Shown here: positions 51,519 through 63,752 of the stretch, in pieces
Numbering within the stretch: the stretch's first letter is position 1
Layout: each line of letters begins with the position of its first letter
Origin: Squalus acanthias
Lineage: Eukaryota
Direction: 5' to 3'
NCBI GenBank assembly: GCA_030390025.1
Contig: CM059431.1
Location: forward strand, 105,650,001 to 105,714,000
DNA: 64,000 nucleotides
Made by a program: the position numbers and the translations under genes
The notes under the pieces: model-generated
Database searches by the model: none
What the model was told of the DNA's origin: nothing
Seen by the model: the letters and a program-made list of their open reading frames with translations, nothing else

Positions 51519-51975
51519 TATCGGCAGTGGCTCAGTGGGCAGCACTCTCACCTCTGAGTCAAGAAGGTAGGGGCTTCAAGTCCCACTCCAGAGACCTGAG
51601 CCCATAATCCAGGCTGACACTCCCAGTGCAGTACTGAGGGAGTGCAGCACTGTTGGCGATGCCATCCTGCAGATGTTAAATCGAGGTCCCGTCTGTCCTC
51701 TCAGGTGGATGTAAAATATCCCACGCCACTAATACAAAGAAGTGCGGGGAGTTTTCTCTTCGGTGTCCTGGCTAATATTTATCCCTCAACCAACACGTAA
51801 AAACAGATTATCCGATCATTATCTCATTGCTGAGAGCGGGATCTTGCTGTGTGCAGATTGGCTGCTGTGTTTCCTACATTACAACAGTACTCAAAAAGTA
51901 CTCTCATTGGCTGTAAAGTGCTTTGGGACGTCCTGAGGTCATGAAAGGTGCTATAAAAATGCAAGTCTTTATTTA
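51519..51975 (+). mobile_element. DeuSINE-type SINE
   Basis: Collinear with the other copies. Confidence 0.85.
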
Positions 51976-52953
51976 TTTTTCCAAATGTTAAATATATTAC
52001 TTAAGAGTGGTAATACTGCTCGAACAGGCTCTGTAGTTCAGATGTCAGGTGTTGGATTATGGCAGTTGTTGCAATGTTACATGACAGGCTGAGGGGATAT
52101 ATCGGTTTTCATAGCAAAAGGACATGAAGATGTCTGTGATGTACGAATAATTTTGCTGCTGCAATACTGATCAAACATTGACATTAAAAATTACTGCTGC
52201 ATGTAGCCTGTATTACTCACGATTACTACATTCGGCATTCTAACGAACCAGGACAACTTCTTTAAATGCATCAAGCATTATTTTAATGCCGGGAAAATAA
52301 TCTGTTCTTTGAGATGCCCTCAGGGGTGTTAACTTGCACAAAAGATTGGGGGAAGCAAGATTCTCTTAATGTCCTTCTCTCTATCCATGCAAGGATGTAT
52401 CATCTTCCTTTCCTCTCCTCCTTCCACCCTCCCCCACCAACCCCAATCACGTGCTCATTCATGCTCCTCATTCATTTTACTCATACTTGTCAGTTTTCTG
52501 GCCAACATTGTCCCATCTTGCCCCGGCACTTCAATCTCATTAGCCCATATTTCCATCAACTCAGCAACTACAGGCAGTAGAAGCCTGCCAAGATTTTAGA
52601 CTGAGAGCATTGCTTTGATCAAACTCCAGCTGTACAGATTAAGATGATAAAACAATGAGAGTCCTCAATAACTTCCAAACACATTCAGATCGTTGAGGTT
52701 TCACGGTGGCCATCCGAATTTGGTGGGCACTTGCCTTCTAAAACCTGACACTGGCGCTTAGGGGTTGCAGCCCCTCAGTAACTTGGCGCTATGGGTTATT
52801 TTGGTGAAAGCAAAATGGAGAGCCATTGGAAAGAGCATCATCAGGGAAGAGAGGTTGAATGGGGCTCTTCATTAGGTCTCTGACAAGCAGCAGTGCACAA
52901 ACATTAAAATCAACCAATTCAAGCTTCCCGTGGCGACTCGTGGGGCAACCACC

Positions 52954-53055
52954 CAGAGCAAAGGAAGTGGGTGTGATGCATGATGGGACATCTGCGCAGA
53001 GCAAAGGAAGTGGGTGCGGTGCATGATGGGACATCTGTGTCGAGCAGCAGGAAGT
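52954..53055. repeat. 43-bp tandem repeat (about 2.3 copies)
   Basis: CAGAGCAAAGGAAGTGGGTGYGRTGCATGATGGGACATCTGYG. Confidence 0.85.
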
Positions 53056-53067
53056 TGTCACACCATC

Positions 53068-53256
53068 ATTTGGAATTCTCTACCCCAAAGGGCTGTGGAT
53101 GCTGAGCCGTTGAGTATATTCGAAGCCGAGATAGATAGATTCCTGGACTTGAGGGGAATCAAGGGATATGGGGATTAGGCAGGAAAGTGGAGTTGAGGTT
53201 GAAGATCAGCCGTATGGCCTACTCCTGCTCCTAATTCTTATGTTCTTACATTCTTA
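53068..53256 (+). mobile_element. CR1 3' fragment
   Basis: TTGGAATTCTCTACCCCAAAGGGCTGTGG..CTACTCCTGCTCCTAATTCTTATGTTC. Confidence 0.85.
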
Positions 53257-53312
53257 TCATCTGGTTGGGTCTTGTGAGATAAAGGAGACGGTGTTAGCAG
53301 TGCGAACATAAG

Positions 53313-53715
53313 GGGCTGGATTTTCTCAGCCCCGAGGAGGCGGGTATGGAGGCGGGACTGCCGGGAAAGTTACAGAATTTGGCGGCGGGTGGCAAACCCA
53401 CCCCCCAACCCGCCCTCCGTGTCCTGAACACAAGGACTCATTAAACTACACAGAATGTCAGTGTTTGACAGCTTCACAGAGCTGTCAAACGCTGACATTT
53501 CTTCTTTCAAAAATTCTTGACAGATGACACGTCATACGTTGACGTTCTCGGTCACTGACTTCCCCCTAATTGGCCTGCTGAGCCCGCCGGGCGGGCTGAA
53601 CAAGGTCAATCAGGGGAAGATCCCGCTGGTTGGCCAGAGGCTGATGGAGGCGGGACTGAAACCCGGCAATCAGCAGTCCCGCCTCCAACACATCTCCATT
53701 CATAAAATCCAGCCC
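53313..53715. mobile_element. Harbinger-derived MITE (403 bp, internally deleted)
   Basis: Perfect 12-bp TIR GGGCTGGATTTT, TSD AAG/AAG; same family as 46266 and 47879. Confidence 0.87.
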
Positions 53716-54894
53716 AAGGAGTCAGCACAAGAGTACCTGTTCCACAATTTGAGTGAGAGAAGTGTTGAATATGAAAGTACTTTACTTGTCCAAGGGACCG
53801 GATTCACACCGTTAGGTACACCTATGGACTGCTTCAACAAGTCATTACATGCATTGTTTCTGCCGTGTTGCGTTAGACCCAGCTAGTTCACTCGACTTGA
53901 CAAGATCAAATCACCAACGTTACATAGAATTACATCAACTGGGATAGTGCTCAGTGGAAGCTGGACAACTGGAGTGCAGTGAGATTTGGCAGTTTCACAC
54001 TTCGATGTTCCGAGTGCACCTGTGCTCCTACATGTGTAAATTTGGCAGGAAAGTGCCACAATATAGCAGAGGTGTCAATAGCACAATGGGAAATTTTCCC
54101 TCCCTTAAATGTGTGGTAATTTTACGTGCAAGATACTCAAATTATCTACGTTCACTTAATATGGCATTATTAAGGAAAGCTGATTTTCTAATTAACTCTG
54201 TTCTAATGCCGAAGTTAAACAGCTTGTATTATGTTTCACATAATTAACTGTAACAGTATTATAGGAAACATCAATTTAAAATTCTTGAAATGGGACTAAT
54301 ATTTTTAAATATAAAAGTTATTTTCTAACGGAAAATGTTTTGCTTCAGAATCAAAGGTAATTAGCATAACTAATTGAGAAATTATCTCTAATAGGATAAT
54401 AATTATATTCCTCATGTTCAAATAGATAGGACTCGCAATTTTTTGAGTTCTGGAAAATCTCTTCTGACTAATCTAATTTACACATCAAGCCTAATTGGTA
54501 GTTAATATTATCCCTAATTATAAAATGTTTAGATTCCTCACATTTCCTAGAGATAAGATTTGCTTTTTTTTGATTTTTAGAGGATTTATTAAATACAGGA
54601 AACTTTCGTTTATCCGGCACCCAAATAACCGGAATTCTCGCTTAACCGGCAAAAATCATCCTCCGAAAACTCCTCTCAAATAACCGGCAATGTTGCCGAG
54701 TCGCAGTCGAGTCTCCGCGAACGCCGAGTGCTCCGAAAACTCCTCTCAAATAACCGGCAATGTTGCCGATCCCGAGTCCGAGTCCGAGTCCGCGAACGCC
54801 GATTTAGTCAGTAGGGGTACTTTTCAAAAGTGCCACTACTCGGCCTCCTGGCGCTGTCGCAAGTCCGAAACATTGCAGTAGCATGAGTAGATTC

Positions 54895-55250
54895 TCCCGC
54901 GCTGCCTGGAGTCTCTTCGGATCGGCCATTTTGCTGGGTGTCTCCCACGATGCTGGTAGTCTCTTCTGATCCACCATTTTGCTGGGTGTCTCCCACGCTG
55001 CTGGTACTGTAGTCTCTTCTGATCCACCATTTTACTGTGTGTCTGCCACGCTGCTGGTACTGTAGTCTCTTCTGATCCACCATTTTGCTGTGTGTCTCCC
55101 ACGCTGCTGGTACTGTAGTCTCTTCTGATACACCATTTTACTGTGTGTCTGCCACGCTGCTGGTACTGTAGTCTCTTCTGATCCACCATTTTGCTGTGTG
55201 TCTGCCACGCTGCTGGTAGTCTCTTCCTAGCCACCATTGTTCTGTGTGTC
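54895..55250. repeat. Minisatellite inside the Tigger 5' region (47/53-bp units, about 7 copies)
   Basis: CCACGCTGCTGGTACTGTAGTCTCTTCTGATCCACCATTTT(A/G)CTGTGTGTCT(G/C). Confidence 0.92.
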
Positions 55251-55290
55251 TTTCCATCTTCATCGGCAATTATCTCCTCCATCTTGCATT

Positions 55291-57045
55291 ATGGAATTCC
55301 CAAAAGCTGGTCCAAGCAAAAGGAAGAGAGTGGTCTTAACTTTAAAACAGAAAATCGAGATATGCCAACGACTAGAAAGGGGAGAGAAGCGTATCAACAT
55401 TATGAATGAATTCAAAATCGGTTCGTCAACAATCTACGACATCAAATCGCAGAAGGATAAGCTGCTCAAGTTTTATTCAAGCTCGGAGACATGCAAGAGT
55501 GTAGAGAAACGGCGTACGCTTCGTAAGCCTAAGCTTGAAGAGCTGGATACCGTGCTTTATGAATGGTTTTCTCTTAAGCGTTCAGAGGGTGTTCCAATTT
55601 CCGGACCCATGCTCATCGAGAAAGCGAAGGAATTCTACGATAGGATGGAGCTCACTGACAAGTGTGCTTTCTCCGATGGATGGCTAACGTGCTTCAAGTT
55701 ACGGCACGGGATACGACGACTCGATATTTCCGGGGAGAAGAAATCAGCTGATCACGAAGCCGCAGAAGAATACTGCAATTATTTCAATCGGATTGTGCAG
55801 CAACATGATTTGTCGCCAGCACAGATCTACAATGCCGATGAAACTGGCTTGTTTTGGAGGTTTTGGCCAGAATCAACGCTTGCTGGGGCTAGTGAGGCTA
55901 ATGCTTCAGGTTACAAGAAAAATAAAGATCGTGTAACCGTGCTAACATGTGCGAACGCTGCTGGATCACACCGGGTTAAACTTCTTGTTATCGGGAAGTA
56001 TAAAAATCCCCGTGCATTTAAAAATGTGAGGCACTTACCTGTTGAGTACAAAGCTCAAAAAAATGCTTGGATGGATAAGGAAATCTCCGATTGGTTCCAT
56101 CATATTTTTGTTCCATCTGTGAAGGAACATTTCCGCAGAATAGGGAAACCTGAAGATAGCAAATGCATTTTATTGCTTGATAATTGCAGAGCCCATCCGC
56201 ATGAATCCCAGTTGGTTTCGGGAAATATTTTCACCATTTATTTGCCACCAAATGTAACTTCTCTCATCCAACCCATGGACCAGGGCGTTATCCAAAATCT
56301 GAAGTGTCATTACAAGAAAGACTTCCTACGTAAACTGCTAAGCCAAGATGAGAATATTCAAGATTTGCAGAAGGAATACAATATTAAAGATGCCATCTAT
56401 AATGTTGCATGTTCCTGGAAATTGGTGAAAGGTCACACTCTGAGGCAAGCCTGGCGCAAATTGTGGCCTTCTGTAATGTTTGCTGAAGGTTCTTCTTCAG
56501 AGGAGGAATTTAATGTGTTCAGTGTTCGTCCCAAGAAGAGTACAATAATGGAAATGGCTGGAATGGTGAAAAATGCAGGCCCAGCAAACCCTCTACGTCA
56601 CCTCAGTGAAAGTGATATCGAGCAGTGGGTTGATGCAGATAGAGAAGTTGGTGTTGTGCATATGCTAAGTGATGATGAAATAATTCAGAATGTTTTGAAT
56701 CCAAAGAAAGAAAAGGAAAGCGAGATGGAAAGTGAAGAGGATGAGATTTCTGAAGAAGAGAAGATTTCTTGGGCTAAAGCTGCAGAAGGATTTTCTACAA
56801 TCCTCAAATTTGCTGAAAGGCAGAATTGCTACACTGCACAAGAAGTTATGCAACTCCATATTCTGCATTCCACCTTTCTACAGAAAAGGCAAGAGTCCAC
56901 TAAGCAAACCGACATCCGCAACATGTTTAAGAAAGCTTCCAAAAGAGTCGCAGCAGCGGAAGTGCCTGAAGAATCGGTGGAACTGCGTGAACCTGATGAC
57001 CCAGCTGGCACGGATATTTCTGATGAACCAGATGACTCGGAATAA
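55291..57045 (+). CDS. pogo/Tigger-family transposase (CENP-B-type HTH domains + DD32D catalytic domain), 584 aa
   Basis: [45 protein letters not shown] with 32 residues between the last two Asp; uninterrupted frame. Confidence 0.92.
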   Translation: MEFPKAGPSKRKRVVLTLKQKIEICQRLERGEKRINIMNEFKIGSSTIYDIKSQKDKLLKFYSSSETCKSVEKRRTLRKPKLEELDTVLYEWFSLKRSEGVPISGPMLIEKAKEFYDRMELTDKCAFSDGWLTCFKLRHGIRRLDISGEKKSADHEAAEEYCNYFNRIVQQHDLSPAQIYNADETGLFWRFWPESTLAGASEANASGYKKNKDRVTVLTCANAAGSHRVKLLVIGKYKNPRAFKNVRHLPVEYKAQKNAWMDKEISDWFHHIFVPSVKEHFRRIGKPEDSKCILLLDNCRAHPHESQLVSGNIFTIYLPPNVTSLIQPMDQGVIQNLKCHYKKDFLRKLLSQDENIQDLQKEYNIKDAIYNVACSWKLVKGHTLRQAWRKLWPSVMFAEGSSSEEEFNVFSVRPKKSTIMEMAGMVKNAGPANPLRHLSESDIEQWVDADREVGVVHMLSDDEIIQNVLNPKKEKESEMESEEDEISEEEKISWAKAAEGFSTILKFAERQNCYTAQEVMQLHILHSTFLQKRQESTKQTDIRNMFKKASKRVAAAEVPEESVELREPDDPAGTDISDEPDDSE

Positions 57046-57435
57046 GTGTACAGTCAACTACAGTACTGTAGACAGTCGTTTATAAGTTTTGTTTTACTGT
57101 TAAGTAATTAAAGAGTTATGGATTACCCTCAACTGGCAGTACTGTACTTAATCAAGCATCTTCCACCATCCATTTAACACAACATTCTGTAGGTGAGTAC
57201 CCAAATACTGTATACTGCACATTTCTTGATTTTTTTAGGTTAAAAATAGCCTCTGTAGATATAACTCTCCGTTATCCGGTACTTTCGATAAACCGGCACC
57301 ACGCCGGTCCCGTCGATGCCGGATAAACGAAAGTTTCCTGTACATATGTAAATTAAAATGAGCATGAATGGTCTAATTCATGGATACGCCAATAGTAAAT
57401 GAAATTTACTGTACACAATTTATTTAGGCAATTAT

Positions 57436-57920
57436 GAACATAGGAACAGGAGGAGGCCATTCAGCCCCTCGAGCCTGTACCTCCATTCAGTGAGATCATG
57501 GCTGATCTGGATCTTAATTCAGGAGTGAAATTAGGAAACACTTCTACATACAAAGGGTGGTAGAAGTTTGGAACACACTTCCGCAAACGGCAATTGATGC
57601 TCGATTAATTGTTCATTTTAAATCTGAGATTGATAGCTTTCTGTTAACCAAAGGTATTAAGGGATATGGGCCAAAGGCGGGTATATGGAGTTAGGTCGCA
57701 TATCAGCCATGATCTCACTGAATGGCGGAGCAGGCTCAAGGGGGCTGAATGGCCTCCTCCTGTTCCGATGTTGAATCCATTTACCCGCCTTGGTTCCGTA
57801 ACCCTTAATACCCTTACCTAACAAAAATCTATCAACCTCAATTTTGAAATTTTTAATTGACCCCCAGCCTCAACAGCTTTCTGAGGGAAGTTCCAGATTT
57901 CTACTAACCTTGTGTGAATT
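57436..57920 (-). mobile_element. CR1 3' tail with an opposite-strand CR1 tail nested at about 57520..57772
   Basis: GAACATAGGAACAGGAGGAGGCCATTCAGCCCCTCGAGCC; inner FYIQRVVEVWN-coding piece with 3' hairpin. Confidence 0.8.
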
Positions 57921-59904
57921 CGGTGAAAAGTGAAAATGTTTAGGACAAGGCTAGCACTACAAGCATTCCTGACACCCATTTGCTCTTTGTTTAGTTACAC
58001 AAGGAAAGCAATAAGCAAGCGAACAAAGTTCTGTGTTTGGAGCACTAATAAATCATCTTCAAACTGTGATTTTTGGGAAACAGATTAACAAAGGACAGAA
58101 ATAAAGCCACCACTTTAGTGTGAAGGCAGACTGACTCTTAAGGGAACTGTACAAGACTACACTGCCACGGACAGAACCACACTTTATTCAACCAGATGAG
58201 AGTCTGGACTAAAGACTTGACATCATATGTTATACGGGCAGGCAGTTGCTGACAGCCTCATACAACAATTATTTTTCCATTAAATGAACTTTAGCTGATT
58301 GTGATGGATTAATCAATTATAATTTTATTTTGAATGATTGCACTTGTAACATCTGGGTTTAGAGTCGCTTTAGACGTGTCAGATCTTACAGTGGATTTAG
58401 ATCCCAATCAATTAAGTAATTTTGTGAATGTGGTCAAGTCCTCTTACTGCTGGTGCTGGTGGGTCATTTACAGCTTTAACGTTAGCAATGAACACGCCAT
58501 TAATCAATTCAGGGGTTACGTCCGTGACGCACCTGTGACTTTCTATCGAATTTACCTGACCTAGAATGAAAAGAAGGTTCACTCGGTGCACAGCTATCTG
58601 TGCAGAGTCTCCTGTCATCCAATCAATTCAGAAAGCAGCTAAAAGCCATTTTATTTTACCGAAGATTGTTTGGATGCACTCTTACATTAGAAAAAACAGT
58701 AGAGGCAAAAAGTTTGCGTTGCAGTACTTATGCTGTAGCCCAGATTGAATAAGAGTTGCTTTTGCTTTAAAGAAATACAGGATTTTTAAAACCAGGTTCA
58801 CCATGTCAAAATCAATCCTGCTTATGTGTAGTCAATCAATAGTGCCACTGTTAGGTTGATCTGTGACTGTATTCCCCAGGTACTGGCTTCTCCATACTCA
58901 ACCACTGAATGACCTTGTCCTACAGAAAAACAAGAACAGCACAGAAGATGGTTGATTGCTTAACGTTGCACAATACCATCTTTTGCTTCAAGAGGGAATT
59001 AAAAATATATATATAATTAAAAAAAAGACTTTTCAGTGCGATTAAAAACAAGCACATTGAGGTGCAGTCAAATTATGGTTGGACGATAAATTTATAAAAC
59101 ACAATTTTTCTGGTAATTATAGTCTGTTGCTTTACTCACATGTACACCTGCAAGATCTTGAAATCTACTATTAACTGGTCTTCATTTTAAACTTCAGTAT
59201 GCATTCTGTTGAAATATCATAGCGTTGAATTAACCCTGAATTGTGGGTAAAGCTACATTTGAATCACCCATCGAGTCTATCCGTTCTTTGAGTGAATACA
59301 ACCCTGTGTAATCCTGCAACTGAACACTTAAACCCGTTAAAGCAGACATAGCTGTTTCTCCAAAATGTGTATTCCTGTTAAGGGTTTAGTTGTAAAAAAA
59401 AATTATATCGTTGCCTTTCCTTCTGAGGTTTATTTTTCCCCCTGTTTGGACTTTGAACACCTTCCTCTTATTGCACTTGGGCACAATGGACTGCCTGAGC
59501 CCAGCGCAGAGAGAAACTGAAGCAGGAAGGATCATGCAATTTCTCATCCATTTAAATGAATGGGTGGAAAAATCATGTATGCTCCATTACATGCGTGCCA
59601 TCCTTCTCCGCCAACCCCGATTTTCCAATGTGCGTTGTGTCCAGGTGATATTTCAGGCCCAAGCACAGCAAGAGGGATATCCTTATTTGTCCACATTAGG
59701 CGAGTGCTGGGATTCGTGTTGCGATCGGTAATATTCTAAGCTGTCGATGCAAAGCTCATGGCACCCTCGAGTGAAGTGAGCTTAGCCAAAGTTCCTCCCC
59801 TCAATGTCCAGCAAAAATTTACATTAAATTGGCAATCTTACTTAGACATGCCATGGGGAATGTTGATAATGGAAAAAAAAAATCAGACTGGAATCAGATT
59901 CCAC

Positions 59905-60075
59905 GGTAACTTTCAAAAAGCAATTGGACACATTACTTGAAGAGTACTAATTTGAAGGGTTATGGGGAACAAACTGGGGTGTGGGACTAAATTGGATAGC
60001 TCTTTCAAAGAGCCGGCATGGGCACAATGGGCCAAGTGGCCTCCTTCCGCGTTGTAAGATTCTATGATTCTATGT
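59905..60075 (+). mobile_element. CR1 3' tail fragment
   Basis: GGATAGCTCTTTCAAAGAGCCGGCA..GGCCTCCTTC..GATTCTATGATTCTATG. Confidence 0.75.
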
Positions 60076-60932
60076 AATATCCATCTTCCGTACTCATTGC
60101 CTTGTTACAGCGTGTAATTAGTTATACTTGATCACTAAAATTACTGATTGCCACCATGTTGGTTGTCTTCTCAAACTGATCTGCAATACTTAGTGCCAAA
60201 TGTTGAAGGAAGTTCAAACCCTTCCCCAGTAATAGTATCCATGCATGCTACCTCCAGATACAGTGGTCCAAAACCTTTGAAATCCAGACTTTGGATTGGA
60301 ATTGGATTCCTACTGACATGCTGAAAACTAGTTAAGTACTTGTCTCATTTTTCAGCTTACACTCCCATAACCATGCTCTGTCACGAATACAGATCTGCTG
60401 GTTGGCTTGATTGCAGCCACACTGAATAACATATTTCAGACAGTTCAAATTTTTCTTATTCTTGTAAAGAAGCTGCATGATTCCAGTAAATCTGTTTTGA
60501 TATGACAGTTTATTTATCCACTTAAGATGAGCAAATATTATGCTTGTGCAGTGATTTTGTTTTTGGACTTGTCAAGGTGATGGATGATATTGCAAGGGCA
60601 AAGAAAGAACTTACTGCAACATCACACACTGGTGTTTAGCCTAAAAATGGTTAAGTAGCGCCAGTTGAAAATCGTCTCGGCTGCACGCAAAATTCGTCCT
60701 CCCTCCTCCTTAAAATGATTGCAGCCATGATTCTAGTCTAAAAGCCCAAGCTCATTGGCGTTACACTGAAAAGATGGACAAATATCGGGTGTAGTCTCAA
60801 CGCAAGTAATGACTGCTACAGGCTTTTTTCACTACTTCAAGGGGAGGTTCGTTGATGCTGCAGCATTGTTGGGTGTGCAGCTGCCTCATAAGAAGAAGGA
60901 CAAAGAGAAGGAGCACTTATTTACAAATCCTG

Positions 60933-61167
60933 ATGGCAGATCGCCGCCCTAGGAAGAGCGCCCGGAGGTTTTCCGATGAAGCTTTGGAGGCATTGGTTTT
61001 AGCGGTGCAGAGAAGGCGGGAGCTCCTGTACCTGTCAACTAGCAGGAGGCCCTCACCACAAGTCTGTGGAGGGAGGTGGCACAACACGTCACAGACAGCA
61101 CTGTGGTCCCCAAGACCCACACACAGTGCAGGAAGAAGTTTAACGAGCTCACACGGGTGGTCAGGGT
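60933..61167 (+). pseudogene. Harbinger Myb/SANT-like protein first exon, frameshifted
   Basis: MADRRPRKSARRFSDEALEALV..RRELLY / WREVAQHV..KTHTQCRKKFNELTRVVR followed by donor GTGAGT. Confidence 0.82.
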
Positions 61168-61508
61168 GAGTGAAGTTTTCAACGAATGCTACATACCACC
61201 ATCTGTACCACAAGCATCACACACTGCTCAATGCACCATGCCCCCAGCACTCACCCACCAACAATCTCTACCTAGCAACACTCACACCCACTTCACACAC
61301 ATTGACAGCTATTCAACTATGGCAGGCACAAGGGTCATTAGTTATTAGAATTCATGTGATATGTTTATCGATAAATGTATTAATTATGTTTGGAATATTT
61401 TGCGCTTTCTTTCATTTTACCTTTGCGCCCAGGAGGATGCTGTGATATGGTTTGAGACAGGGACGTTATGGTGGGTATGTGGTGAGCTACAGGGATCTGG
61501 GGTTTCAT

Positions 61509-61650
61509 TCATGTGAATCGGAGTCTGATGAGCCGGTCACGGACAACCCATCCAAAAGGCATATTGTCTTGCTGCCTCCGCCCTCCCTCCTGTTCCTCGT
61601 CCTCATTGTCCTCATCATCCTCCTCATCCTCCTCCTGAGGTAGTCCAACA
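61509..61650 (-). pseudogene. Harbinger transposase C-terminal remnant
   Basis: GLPQEEDEEDDEDNEDEE..GWVVRDRLIRLRFT*, an acidic tract plus RDxLIxxxF ending. Confidence 0.68.
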
Positions 61651-62510
61651 ATCCTGCAATCCTGCAGACCCCATGACTGTGAGGATGTGGTGTGAGCAAA
61701 AGCCTTTAACAAATAATGAGTGACTTCTGCACTTGAATGAACACTCCCTGTCACCAAAAAAAACTTGAAATAACTAAAGAGAGCTGTTTCAGTTGCAGGA
61801 AGTAGCAAACAGGCACTGAAACTGCAGAACCATGTTAGTTGCAGCTGATTGGGGATGGTAGCTTTAAACATCGCTGCTGCAGCCTGCTTCCTGCTGGTAG
61901 ATGCCAGCTCTCCCTGTCGTCGTTCTGCGCTGCCGTTAAGGTAAGTGGCTATAACGAAGTTGGGAGATCAGACGTCCACTGTGCGTTGCACACTCACTGA
62001 TGTCACGATCTCTGTGATGGCGAGATCCCCGGTGATCGAGTTTACCGGCAGTATGGCGTGATGTCACGATCTCTGTGATGGCGAGGTCCCCGGTGATCGA
62101 GTTTACCGGCAGTGCTACCGGCAATATGGCGTGCGGTGCTGGAAACGGCATCAGCTGTCATTACAGCTGTCAACGGCATTTTAGCACCATCTTGTGCTGC
62201 TAACATGTGGCGCAAACCACACGAATTTCTCCCTGAGTATCTACATCTAGCACGACCAGGCCATGAACCAAATGCAAAGGAATACACTTTCTAATCTTTC
62301 CCAACACTGTACTTCAACCCCAACTGAAAACATCACATACTATCACACAAGTCTGATTTTTTCTGTATCCTTCATCAACACTCCCCATGGCATGTCGAAG
62401 TGAGATCGTTAACTTAATGCCAATTTTTGGTGAACTTGAGAAAAAAATGCTCAACTAAGACTTGCCAAGCTCATTTCACTCATACCCTTAAAAACCAACA
62501 GAGACAGGAG

Positions 62511-63752
62511 CAGGGCCGGCCTTAGGGAACATGGCGCACTGGGTGATCTTGTATTTTGGTGCCCTTTCTTTGAGTTTAAGTATGTAGTAGTATTAGCAAA
62601 AGTTTCAGAAATAAAGCTGTAATCTCAAAAGATTTTTGTAATTTAAATAATAAGCGTAAAAATTAACATTATAGCTAATTGACAAATTAAACATTAAATT
62701 AAACACTAAACTTAATAAATAACAATAACAAATAGAAAACTTTGTTCACCAAGATATTTTGGCCCATATCATTCTCGATAGACAGGAGGGCCAGCGAAGA
62801 TAGCTTCTCATCTACATGGTGGATCACAAATATGTTTTTATGAGCTTCAACTTCGAGAACATAGATCGTGGATGTGCAGTTACATGCCGCCATGAGGAAG
62901 GTGTCAGGGACGCTCAAGTCCACTCTAACTGAGTGGCTCCCAGTGCTGTCCCACATTGCCCCTGCCTGCCTTTTGCCACCACGCCACTGTGCTCCGTGAG
63001 ATGAAAAAAATCATGAGCAACGTCGACCTTCCCATTCACGAAAACTTGAAAAACCCAACCACGAAAGCCCTTAATATCACGCCGGCCATTCTGGGAGACA
63101 GAAACCAATATTCACGCAGCTGGTATCGACCCACTATCCAGATGGACGGAATCATGGGACGCAGGCAACATAAAGAACCGACACCTCATCACTGACCCAA
63201 CAGCAGAAATCCCTGGCTTCGACCTCCCTCGAAGACAGTGGGCAGCGCTCAACCCAATCTGCACAGGGCCTGGACGATGCAGGCCGCCTGCTGCACAAGT
63301 GGAAGATGAGGGACGACCCGATGAGGGCGACTGTGGCCGTGAGCCCCAGACCACGGAACACATCACATCAACCTGCCCACACAAATTTGTTGTGGGAGGC
63401 AACTCATCTCTCCACTCGGCATCTCAGGTGGCCATCGAATGGAGAGCCAAACTAGACATCCCATTATAAGCTTTTCCCGTCATACGAAACAACAACTTTG
63501 AGAAGCTCCGTTCCGTGCTCGCCACCGATGCCGGCATGGTTAATAGGATCCTGAGTGCTGTCCATGTGTTTGGGAACTTGAAGTTCGCTCTTCCTGAGGA
63601 GCACTATAGTCCGTTGGAAGCAGAATTTGGAGACAGCCAAGTTCTTCGCAAAGGTCGATGCCGTTAATGTCAGACCCTCTTGACCATGGCAATCCCCTGA
63701 CCACGGTGACCTGGGCGGTCGCCCACGTCACTCACCCATAGGGCCAGCCTTG
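62511..63752 (-). mobile_element. Internally deleted hAT transposon (1242 bp)
   Basis: TIRs CAGGGCCGGCCTTAGGG / CCATAGGGCCAGCCTTG (13/17), 8-bp TSD GACAGGAG / GAGAGGAG; DEKLSSLALLSIEND resembles the hAT dimerisation domain. Confidence 0.85.

Larger units (their letters stand above)
54596..57340 (+). mobile_element. Full-length pogo/Tigger DNA transposon (2745 bp)
   Basis: Perfect 24-bp TIR CAGGAAACTTTCGTTTATCCGGCA, TA TSDs, subterminal (A/T)A(A/T)CCGG repeats. Confidence 0.97.
60620..62233. mobile_element. Deleted PIF/Harbinger element with convergent Myb/SANT (+) and transposase (-) remnants; left end uncertain
   Basis: Right terminus ACGAATTTCTCCC resembles that of 33780..34636; coding remnants listed separately; 61-bp tandem duplication 61998..62113. 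Confidence 0.75.

Noticed and set aside
2829..51975. Seven of eight DeuSINEs on the plus strand as a sign of host-gene orientation
   Set aside because: Sample too small, and CR1 and L2 copies show no matching bias
54895..55250. Regular repeats resembling a CRISPR array
   Set aside because: Head-to-tail tandem units with no unique spacers, inside a eukaryotic transposon; no cas genes
55291..57045. Domesticated TIGD/JRK-type host gene
   Set aside because: Flanked by perfect TIRs and TA TSDs, so treated as a transposon copy and given no gene symbol
60933..61650. Host NAIF1/MSANTD- or HARBI1-type genes
   Set aside because: Frameshifted or truncated and lying inside an element with a Harbinger-type terminus
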